Virus record (IMG/VR): IMGVR_UViG_3300044878_000031
Coordinates: 48,173-112,172 of that record
Reading direction: 5' to 3' (one strand)
DNA from: a virus
DNA: 64,000 nt
Within the stretch, counting starts at the first letter, position 1, and every line of letters begins with the position of its first letter. A program made the position numbers and the translations under genes. This document shows, piece by piece, positions 1 to 7,148 of this stretch. The notes below the pieces were generated by a model. The model made no database searches. It was not told the DNA's origin and saw only the letters and a list, made by a program, of their open reading frames with translations.

Positions 1-26
1 TTAGATCCACTGGATTACGAGTTAGG

Positions 27-121
27 TGATCCTCTCAGCGTTTGTCACGCCAAGTTAAACATGAAGACCGGGAACGGCTATCCGCGAATTCGCAAGCCAA
101 TAGTTCTTCAACGTAAGGATC
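27..121 (-). ncRNA. candidate structured RNA (may extend past window edge)
   Basis: Nested stems GATCCT/AGGATC, TGAAGA/TCTTCA, GAAC/GTTC, GGCT/AGCC and GCGAATTCGC, directly downstream of tRNA-Tyr; no credible ORF. Confidence 0.45.
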
Positions 122-126
122 GTAAA

Positions 127-212
127 TGGTGGGTGAGGTAGGATTCGAACCTACGAAGCCATCGGCGTCAGATTTACAATCTGATAACTTTGAACCACTT
201 GTATACTCACCC
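127..212 (-). tRNA. tRNA-Tyr(GTA)
   Basis: Acceptor GGGTGAG/CTCACCC-A-CCA, anticodon arm TCAGA-TTGTAAA-TCTGA, long variable arm, T arm GTAGG-TTCGAAT-CCTAC. Confidence 0.95.
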
Positions 213-217
213 GGTAA

Positions 218-301
218 AGCTGACAATGTTAGGCATCGAAGCCCTGCTAGTTCCCGGACCGCACTAGCTTTCCATTAACGACGGCTGACGCGTTGTCAGC
301 T
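218..301 (-). ncRNA. candidate structured RNA with T-loop-like hairpin
   Basis: Closing stem AGCTGACAA/TTGTCAGCT, internal GCTAGT/ACTAGC stem and GGGC-TTCGAT-GCCT hairpin. Confidence 0.5.
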
Positions 302-344
302 ATGGCCCTCGCTAATGACTCCCCAGGAGTGCACTGCCACAAAA

Positions 345-483
345 TGGTCCTCCGCTGTCGGATCTACCGACGCGACCGCTTCAACTGACCCCCGGCGTAC
401 GGGACGTTTAGGTTACACTAGAACAACATTCCCACGCAGTAGCGTTCACAATGCGCACTCTAATGGCCTTGGTCTACAGAGGA
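345..483 (-). ncRNA. CCA-ended tRNA-like RNA with large internal domain
   Basis: TCCTCTG/CGGAGGA acceptor-like stem followed by CCA; T-arm-like GTCGG-TAGAT-CCGAC; GACC/GGTC encloses two G-U-containing hairpins. Confidence 0.55.
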
Positions 484-497
484 TGAAACTATGAATT

Positions 498-627
498 TGG
501 CCCCGAGGGGTGGACTCGAACCACCGACCTCCCGCTGGCAAGCGTGTTTAAACGTTCTCGCCACGTTAGTAGCTATCAACGTAACCGCATGTCTAACGAG
601 TGTTCTAACCGACTGAACTACCCAAGG
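498..627 (-). ncRNA. tRNA-like RNA with 60-nt structured anticodon loop
   Basis: D arm GTAGTTCAGTCGGTTAGAA, anticodon stem CTCGT/GCGGG, T arm GGTGG-TTCGAGT-CCACC, G discriminator and CCA; loop 536-595 is 60 nt instead of 7. Confidence 0.75.
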
Positions 628-629
628 GA

Positions 630-875
630 TTGAAAGACTAACCGCTACCCCGACCTACGGAATGCAATACTCACTGTGACCTCTGGAGGAAAAGAAAGAA
701 AACCCCAGAGCAACTCGGTATGCAATCGAGCCATGTAACACATTGAGTCGGGTCACGCTACTCCAACCGCAGAACACCGGAAGTCCGTCAAGTCCCAGTA
801 GATTCCCCTTTCGCCGTGAAGCTAGAGGTCGTGCTGGAATCCCTGCTATCGGTCAGTAACGTGTAGGTCTCTCAA
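630..875 (-). ncRNA. candidate ~245-nt multi-stem RNA
   Basis: Ends pair (TTGAGAG/CTTTCAA and ACTGACCG/CGGTTAGT); internal stems GATTCC/GGAATC, CTCTGG/CCAGAG, CTCGA/CCGAG, CCCGAC/GTCGGG. Confidence 0.55.
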
Positions 876-900
876 TAGATCACTGGAGTATGTAAATTAT
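871..900 (-). promoter_or_regulatory. putative middle-type promoter (ATCTATTGAG motif) for the RNA operon
   Basis: Same 10-mer at 4274-4283 (upstream of phuZ) and 56608-56617 (upstream of uvsX), each with an upstream A/T-rich element. Confidence 0.55.
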
Positions 901-913
901 TACGTAAACTCAG

Positions 914-941
914 GCAAAAAAAAAGGCCCGGTGAAGGGCCC
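914..941 (-). terminator. intrinsic terminator
   Basis: GGGCC/GGCCC-type hairpin followed by T9-GCC on the minus strand, downstream of 957..1370. Confidence 0.65.
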
Positions 942-956
942 CATTGGAAAAGGGTG

Positions 957-1370
957 TTACGGAATCTCTGGGAAGCCCACGATCTTCAGGACTAGGTTAC
1001 GCTTACGGCGATACCAACCAATGGATCTGGTAGGGTAGCCACGTTCCTCACTCTGCTTACGAATGGTCTCGTCATCTTCAAACAGCAGGGGGACTGGGAA
1101 GTATCTCCAGTGTTCTTGACTACCGTGCCTGACTAAGGCGTGGAGTGTACGCTTACTCCAATTGCCGGTGGTAATGCCTTCGATCAATTCTTGTTTGATT
1201 GCTTCGATGCACTCGGCTGCGTTGGAGGCGTTGAATAGATTGTTGTAGTGCGCAACAGTTGTACCTGACTCTTCGTCGTTAGCACGTTTCATGATGTATA
1301 GGACACCACCATTCTCATGCTTGGCAATGTTACCGTTAGCGTAAGTGTGAGTGTGGTATTCGCGGGTCAT
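957..1370 (-). CDS. hypothetical early protein
   Basis: ORF; start moved to MTREY (GAAGG RBS), downstream of a TATATTAC promoter. Confidence 0.75.
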   Translation of the reverse strand: MTREYHTHTYANGNIAKHENGGVLYIMKRANDEESGTTVAHYNNLFNASNAAECIEAIKQELIEGITTGNWSKRTLHALVRHGSQEHWRYFPVPLLFEDDETIRKQSEERGYPTRSIGWYRRKRNLVLKIVGFPEIP

Positions 1371-1426
1371 GGGTAATACCTTCTGAGGCCAATAGATTAG
1401 AGGGAGTTTGTAGCGTGTACACCAAA

Positions 1427-1451
1427 GTAATATATATCTGAAACTTCTTTG
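1427..1451 (-). promoter_or_regulatory. phiKZ-type early (virion RNAP) promoter
   Basis: AAAGAAGTTTCAGATATATATTAC; matches the TATATTAC core and four other copies. Confidence 0.75.
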
Positions 1452-1499
1452 ATTCAACCCCGAATAGAATGAAGGGTTATTTTACTTTGGGGTGTTCTA

Positions 1500-2117
1500 A
1501 TGAACCGTTTGCAGGAACTGGTACAGATCGGGGAACTCGATCTAACCTACAGTCCTGAGGGGCTGGAGATGATGGAGGAGGCTTCTGCTGAAGTCCCTTC
1601 CAAGACGATCTACATATTGCTTACCGATACCAAGACTCTGGTCAGTAAGGTTAGCCGTATGGTTACAGGTGATCCGTACAACCACGTGTCGCTGATGCTG
1701 TCTGATGACTTCGATGATGGTATCTATACCTTCAGTCTGGGGAACGGCGTCAACGGCATTAAGGGTGGCTTCATGGTGGAGGATCGTGCAAACCTGAAAG
1801 GGTCTCACTACTCCATGTACAAGATGGGAGTCACCTCTGACGCGTACGACAAGATCAAGACTCGAATCACTGACTACGTCAAGGGTATCGAGAAAACGTC
1901 ATACAACCATCTGGGGTTGTTTAACGCGATCTTCAAGAAGAACATCTTTAAGACCGAGGATGGCCAAACTTCGATCTGTTCTGAGTTCGTCGTTGAAGTC
2001 CTGAAGTTCTCCGGCGTAGAACTCTTCGCCAAAAGATTCGCCAGCTCTGTAAGACCTTACGAGTTGATCAAATCGAAACTGTTGAAGTTCCACCGTCGTG
2101 GCGTCATAAAACCCTAA
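1500..2117 (+). CDS. permuted papain-like (NlpC/P60, YiiX/YebB-type) enzyme
   Basis: His motif YNHVSL precedes Cys motif ICSEFV; N-terminal GLE is a possible prohead-protease site. Confidence 0.75.
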   Translation: MNRLQELVQIGELDLTYSPEGLEMMEEASAEVPSKTIYILLTDTKTLVSKVSRMVTGDPYNHVSLMLSDDFDDGIYTFSLGNGVNGIKGGFMVEDRANLKGSHYSMYKMGVTSDAYDKIKTRITDYVKGIEKTSYNHLGLFNAIFKKNIFKTEDGQTSICSEFVVEVLKFSGVELFAKRFASSVRPYELIKSKLLKFHRRGVIKP

Positions 2118-2121
2118 GTCT

Positions 2122-2164
2122 AGACCGGCTCACTTAGGTGGGTCGGTTTATGGCGGCATAAAAG
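2122..2164. terminator. bidirectional terminator-like element
   Basis: Hairpin AGACCGGCTCAC/GTGGGTCGGTTT followed by TATGGCG (+), overlapping TTTTATGCCG (-). Confidence 0.65.
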
Positions 2165-2742
2165 CGCGGCTCGAGGGAATCTCGAACCTACTCCAGAACT
2201 TTCACAGCCCGGTAGGGCAGGAGCGTCTGTTTCGCGTTGGAATCCCTGCGGCTTTGCTTTTATGTTTTCTTACTGTCAAACACGTTGGCTTTTTGTGGCT
2301 GTGATCGTCTTCTTTCCAAGGCCTTGGTAAGTGTTGCCTTAGATCCACACTAGCTCAGGTACACCCTTTACGTGCTCCGGCCTCACACTGAGGCTCTATC
2401 AACATTTGAATGCTCGTGAACCTCTAAGCGCTATAAGGTGGCCAAGAGGTATGCTTGCCCGGCCCTTTGCCGAGTGCATTACCACCGTGCCACTTATTGA
2501 TGGGCTTAGAAAGGCGCAAGGCTATTGATTGTGGTTTGCCGGAATCTCTCCCTATGTCGGGTATCAAACTGAACACGAGCAAGTGCGTCAGTCTGAAAAG
2601 TGCGAACACTCTAACCCAACTAGAAATCCCCAACCAAAGCCAGTTCTTCAACTCTTCTGTCACGGTGTGCGCGTTAACCGTTGGACTTTCAGTCATCAGA
2701 TTATACTGGAGGTCTCCTATGACTGGCACGCACCTCGAGCGT
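2165..2742 (-). ncRNA. candidate large (~580 nt) structured RNA
   Basis: Closing stem 2169-76/2733-40, many nested 6-8 bp helices and a possible pseudoknot; followed on - by TTTTATGCCG; strand tentative. Confidence 0.6.
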
Positions 2743-3034
2743 GGGTCAGCGGAATCCCCGCAGCGAGTCTCGGACTCGCAGTACGTAGATGAATGGAACA
2801 GTCCGGCAAGTCGTACCACACGTCCACGGCGCGATCGCGCCAGAGGTCGCTATGAACCAAGCCAGCATCAAACTGACGGGGCAGTAGCCCAATCTGCTCA
2901 GCGGTGACATGGTGTGGATTATGATAACCGCGATAGCTACCATCGTCTTCGACGACTTCGATACCGCGATCTATCAATGCTTGCGCGACTAACGAACCTA
3001 ACCCTAGACAGCCCCCAATGAGGAGAACTCTCAA
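2717..3034 (-). CDS. hypothetical protein with Rossmann-like N-terminus
   Basis: MRVLLIGGCLGLGSLVAQALIDRGIEV resembles a beta1-alpha1-beta2 nucleotide-binding motif; AAGGA RBS; 3' end overlaps the predicted RNA. Confidence 0.55.
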   Translation of the reverse strand: MRVLLIGGCLGLGSLVAQALIDRGIEVVEDDGSYRGYHNPHHVTAEQIGLLPRQFDAGLVHSDLWRDRAVDVWYDLPDCSIHLRTASPRLAAGIPLTHARGACQS

Positions 3035-3047
3035 GTGCAGTCCTTAC

Positions 3048-3242
3048 TCAGCCCAACCCTACTCCTGAAGGGCGGTTCTCGACCATGTGTTTAGCAGGAT
3101 CGTAAACCACCTTCTCGTAGCAGTTGTGCCAAGGCTTTCCTTGACAACACGTACAGTGGAACGGAGCAGCCGCTGGAGAGGTGAGTAACTCAATCACCCC
3201 GCACTTGTCACAGGCGTACTCCAACAGCGCTCCACCACTCAT
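3048..3242 (-). CDS. small Zn-ribbon protein
   Basis: CDKC...CTCC; TAATG-coupled to phuZ. Confidence 0.7.
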   Translation of the reverse strand: MSGGALLEYACDKCGVIELLTSPAAAPFHCTCCQGKPWHNCYEKVVYDPAKHMVENRPSGVGLG

Positions 3243-4216
3243 TACAGCACCAGGCCGTCGTCGGTGACGGTGTCCTTGGCATCGTTGATCAACTTCTGGG
3301 CAGCAGCGCGGCCTTCGCTACGCTGTTCGAAGTCGTTGATGGTCGATTGTAGGCGATCGAAGGTAGCACCCAGGTGTTGGGTGGATACCACGAAGTGCAG
3401 CTCCTGGATGTCTTTCACCGGATGTAGGAAGTAGCCAGTGCAGGAGTATTCCGGCACGGGGGTTTCCAGATGCGGCTGATTACGATCGGCGTACAGCGAG
3501 GCGATCGAGATCGGGTCAGCAATTTCAGACACGTCGCTGGCGCCAGCGAAGATGTCCAGCAGAACCAGTTGAGCTTCTACGCTGGTCGACTTGTTGATGT
3601 TCAGCCAGTTGTAGATGTCCTTGGTGTCCAGCTCGGCGTTCTGACGCGAGGCCAGGTAGCACAGGCAGGAGATTGCGAAGTCCAGTTGGTCGTCGACAAT
3701 CTTGCGAGTAGCTTCGCCGCCGTTGTGACGGTAGAACGCGACCAGCGGTTTGTCGATTTGCTTGGTGATAGCCGACAGGGACTTCACGGTGTTCAGGGTG
3801 TTGCGTGCAGTGATCGCAGCTTCGGACGAACCGGCGGAAACGATAACTACGGAGTGACCACGGTCAGCCAGCTCTTTTGCCAGCAGTGGGCCGATTACCG
3901 AACCCGAACCGCCCGACGCCGAGAAGACGACGATGTTGAAATCTTCAGGAGCCTGCTTGAGCAGGATCTGTTTGATGACTGCGGAGATCTGCGCGTGGTT
4001 CTCTTTACGCACTTTACCGGAGCCGTCGGTTTTCTCGAGGATGAATACGTCTTCTTCCTTGACCGTGTCGGTCAGGTTGGAACGACTGGTGTCCACGAAG
4101 CTTGGGAGCAGATCCGCGAAGCCCGGTGCGGATTGACGATTCAGGTAACGCAGGGCAACGTTCACGCCCAGACCACCACAACCGTACAGACGCACTTTAC
4201 CTTTACCTTGTTCCAT
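3242..4216 (-). CDS. phuZ: PhuZ tubulin-like spindle protein
   Basis: GCGGLG N-terminal motif, GSGKVR, tubulin signature SGGSGS, C-tail ...DDGLVL. Confidence 0.95.
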   Translation of the reverse strand: MEQGKGKVRLYGCGGLGVNVALRYLNRQSAPGFADLLPSFVDTSRSNLTDTVKEEDVFILEKTDGSGKVRKENHAQISAVIKQILLKQAPEDFNIVVFSASGGSGSVIGPLLAKELADRGHSVVIVSAGSSEAAITARNTLNTVKSLSAITKQIDKPLVAFYRHNGGEATRKIVDDQLDFAISCLCYLASRQNAELDTKDIYNWLNINKSTSVEAQLVLLDIFAGASDVSEIADPISIASLYADRNQPHLETPVPEYSCTGYFLHPVKDIQELHFVVSTQHLGATFDRLQSTINDFEQRSEGRAAAQKLINDAKDTVTDDGLVL

Positions 4217-4273
4217 TTTCTACATCCTAGATCAGTTAATTTCGACGGTAGGTTTTACAAGAGTCGCATTACT

Positions 4274-4304
4274 CTCAATAGATACTACCACGGAATCTTT
4301 TTTT
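4274..4304 (-). promoter_or_regulatory. putative promoter of phuZ
   Basis: AAAAAAAGATTCC...ATCTATTGAG. Confidence 0.55.
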
Positions 4305-4369
4305 ACAGATGCTCATAAGTATCGGGTACTTTATGACCGTAGGTCCACATCTATAACCTCGAGGCCTTT

Positions 4370-5185
4370 ATGAATCCTATTCAAAAAGCAATCTCGGACG
4401 TCAAAGCGAGTATCCCTCGGGAGATCCTCGAACGCACGTTCATGAAGCCGGACTCGATTGCCTACGGTACACGCAGCTCTTATAGCCCTACCTCGTTAGA
4501 CTTCCGTATTCGTACGGCGGTGATCGAGGGTAACGTTCTACCTGACTGTAACTTGGTCGGTGGTACTGAGGTGACTATTCCGTTGAGTTCAGTGATCCCA
4601 CAAATGGTTTCTGACTACAACGTGATCTACCGTGTGCCGAAGTCTCTCACCCAGAACCGCAGTATCCTGAGACTGTTACACCTGACCTTCGGTGATGGTG
4701 GTGTGGTCGGTAGTATGAACTTGGCTATCCAAGGTCGCTCTGCCATGATGGATGCTGCTCAGGGCGTTCTACAGGCTCACCTGCCGATTCCTATCGTCTC
4801 CACGGCGAACTTGGAACTGGTAGCAGAAAACACGGTCATGGTGAAAGACAACATTACCATGCCGGGCAACCCGTACTTACGTTGTGTGGTAGAGGGCGAC
4901 ACTGAACTCAACCACTTGCAACCGACTTCGTATAAAGCGTTTTCGAAGTTGGTGGTATTGGCGACTAAGGCGTACATCTTCAACAACATTGCGATCCCGA
5001 TGGACCAAGCAGCACTGTCGGGTGGTATGGCGTTAGGACGTATCCGTGAAATCGTCGATGGCTACTCGGATGCTTACGAGCAGTACGATACCTACTTCGA
5101 GGAAGTTTGGCGTAAGGTGGCGATCTTTAACGATCCAGAAGCCAACAAGCGTCACCTCAAGTTACTTACCGGGGGTCGCTGGTAA
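4370..5185 (+). CDS. conserved phiKZ-like hypothetical protein (likely virion-associated)
   Basis: 271-aa ORF, GAGG RBS, TATG upstream, divergent from phuZ. Confidence 0.75.
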   Translation: MNPIQKAISDVKASIPREILERTFMKPDSIAYGTRSSYSPTSLDFRIRTAVIEGNVLPDCNLVGGTEVTIPLSSVIPQMVSDYNVIYRVPKSLTQNRSILRLLHLTFGDGGVVGSMNLAIQGRSAMMDAAQGVLQAHLPIPIVSTANLELVAENTVMVKDNITMPGNPYLRCVVEGDTELNHLQPTSYKAFSKLVVLATKAYIFNNIAIPMDQAALSGGMALGRIREIVDGYSDAYEQYDTYFEEVWRKVAIFNDPEANKRHLKLLTGGRW

Positions 5186-5925
5186 TGTATCAGGAGGGCT
5201 CGGGTAGTACCTTTACACACAACGGGAAAGAGTATCCGCTCGATCCCTTTCTGAAACGTGCTGCCAAACTTCCAGTGAAGCAGCTTTATATCAGCAAACT
5301 GAAGTGGAACCTTGACGGACTGACGTTAGACCCTGTACGCGTGGCTCAGGCCGACCCTAGCGTGCCGATCTTGTTTACCATGGACCCGAAGTGGGGTTAC
5401 GTGATAATCGACGGTACGCATCGTTTGGCGAAGGCGGTGCAGGAAAAGCGTTATTCCATCCCAGGTCGTGAAATTCCCTACAGTTGGTTTGCTGAAGTTG
5501 GAACTGTCTCTATGGAAGATGATTCGAACCCTACCTACACCGTGGGCAAAGTTACTCGTGAGCAGGCTTTCGAGTGGTTGTCACAATACGATCAACGTCG
5601 TCCTGAGTTCCCAGTACAACCGGGTTCTGTGGACGGTGAAGAGCGTGTGTACGCTTTCGCTTGGCACGGGGACGAGATCGTAGGCTACGCTTGCCTGTTA
5701 AACGGACAGCGTTACCTGATCGACATGTTCGTGCCTGAGTCGGGACGTGGCAAAGGTGTAGGACGTCAGTTAGTAGATTCTTTGCTGGTTGACCTAGTGG
5801 TTGTGAAGAAGTACCAGACAGACATCATTGCTTTCCTGAAGGCTGTGGGGTTTACGCTGGAGAACGACTTCGTGAACACTAAGATCTATCGGAAGTACCA
5901 CGGACCTAAGGTCCACGCTTACTGA
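5185..5925 (+). CDS. ParB/Srx-like domain fused to GNAT acetyltransferase
   Basis: IIDGTHRL motif; acetyl-CoA motif MFVPESGRGKGVGRQL and F..A.GF; linker contains SME. Confidence 0.7.
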   Translation: MYQEGSGSTFTHNGKEYPLDPFLKRAAKLPVKQLYISKLKWNLDGLTLDPVRVAQADPSVPILFTMDPKWGYVIIDGTHRLAKAVQEKRYSIPGREIPYSWFAEVGTVSMEDDSNPTYTVGKVTREQAFEWLSQYDQRRPEFPVQPGSVDGEERVYAFAWHGDEIVGYACLLNGQRYLIDMFVPESGRGKGVGRQLVDSLLVDLVVVKKYQTDIIAFLKAVGFTLENDFVNTKIYRKYHGPKVHAY

Positions 5926-5962
5926 CGGCATAGAGGCTCCCGTGTGGGAGCCTCGTTATGCG
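5926..5962. terminator. bidirectional hairpin/TATGCCG element
   Basis: CGGCATA-GAGGCTCCC/GGGAGCCTC-GTTATGCG between convergent genes. Confidence 0.75.
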
Positions 5963-5963
5963 C

Positions 5964-6305
5964 TTAGCGACGGTAGTGTCGGCTGAAGTTGAAGTACGGG
6001 GAGTCCTTCAGTTGAATCACTTCATGGCCAGCAGCAGCAAAGGTAAAACGCCCTACGCTGGAGGACAGGACAATCGCAGACTTATCGCGGGGTTCAATGT
6101 TCCACGAAACCTTACGCACTTTGTCTTCGTAGCTAGGTGCTAGCGCTTCCCAGTGCTTACGAGCGTACTCCATGATGTTGCCAACCATCCGAGTCTTGAT
6201 CGGGTCTAGCAGACTGACTTGTTCCAGATCACGGGTTTCACAACGACCTATGCGTCCTGTCAAGTCTTCGATCAATTCCTGAAAGCGTTTTTGGTGATGA
6301 GACAT
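5964..6305 (-). CDS. hypothetical protein
   Basis: 113-aa ORF downstream of a GATATTAC promoter variant (6367-6374). Confidence 0.7.
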   Translation of the reverse strand: MSHHQKRFQELIEDLTGRIGRCETRDLEQVSLLDPIKTRMVGNIMEYARKHWEALAPSYEDKVRKVSWNIEPRDKSAIVLSSSVGRFTFAAAGHEVIQLKDSPYFNFSRHYRR

Positions 6306-6692
6306 TCTAAGGGTCTTCTGAGAGTTGGAGGATTGTTACTACATAGCGTAGTGCTATCACTGTAAAGTAATATCAGAATTTCGCCCCGATTTTTTATTTG
6401 TTGTTTAAAGCTCTCTGTTAGTAGTTTGTACGTGGTCTTGACGTACCTGTGGGGTACTAGCCCACTACACTCCTAGGTTAAGCAATTTCCCCAGGGAAAA
6501 AGGCTAGCATAGACTACGGAGTAGGCTTTGCTAACGCAGCCACTCACAAAGCAATATTGTTAAAGCTTCGCTTTGTTTCTATTGAACCCCCCAAACCCCC
6601 CTTTTCCTTCTTTTGCAAAACAACGTTATACTGACAAAAGATATGCCCTCTAAATTATTCTTTTACCTAAGCAGGGAGCAACCTCCCTGCGT

Positions 6693-7100
6693 TTAGAGGT
6701 AGAAGTAGTCAGACGTGTTACACTCACCACCATGATGCACAACAATCCGAGTCATCAGCAACTTGAAAGCAGCACTAGGTATCTCCATCAACGTATCGCC
6801 TAACCGAATGTAGTATCGGTCATACAGCAAACGTTTCAGTTGAGACATCACCGTGATTGAACAACGGTAGTGACATGGCTTAGCACGGATGTCATCCACG
6901 AAGGCTACCAGAGGCAGGTAATCGTAGACAAACAACCGAACTGGAACCAGCCCTTCCTTTGAATCAACACCCACTTCCCGCAAAGCTACGAATCCATCCA
7001 CAGAGCCCTCTAGGAGACGCTCTAACGAACGATCTATGCTTCCGAGTACACACCCCAAGATTTCAGCTATCGTCGTGTCAACGGCTACTGACTGCTCCAT
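6693..7100 (-). CDS. hypothetical protein
   Basis: ORF with GGAG RBS, followed by hairpin at 6670-6691. Confidence 0.7.
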   Translation of the reverse strand: MEQSVAVDTTIAEILGCVLGSIDRSLERLLEGSVDGFVALREVGVDSKEGLVPVRLFVYDYLPLVAFVDDIRAKPCHYRCSITVMSQLKRLLYDRYYIRLGDTLMEIPSAAFKLLMTRIVVHHGGECNTSDYFYL

Positions 7101-7148
7101 CGTAATCTCCGTGCATAAAGGAGGCTGCCCTAAAGCAACCCCCTTTGA

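Noticed and set aside
35-226. 63-aa ORF
   Set aside because: Overlaps tRNA-Tyr and structured RNA
1-2348. TTAGATCCAC at 1-10 and 2339-2348
   Set aside because: A single 10-mer match is compatible with chance; first copy truncated by window edge
2683-2699. CTGATGA-CT-GAAA (hammerhead-like) and GAAAGTCC (RNase P CR-I-like) on the minus strand
   Set aside because: No stem II for a hammerhead; no P4 partner or CR-V found for RNase P
2424-2943. ORFs 2424..2819, 2455..2907, 2529..2792, 2746..2943
   Set aside because: No RBS, atypical composition, mutually overlapping; better explained by RNA structure
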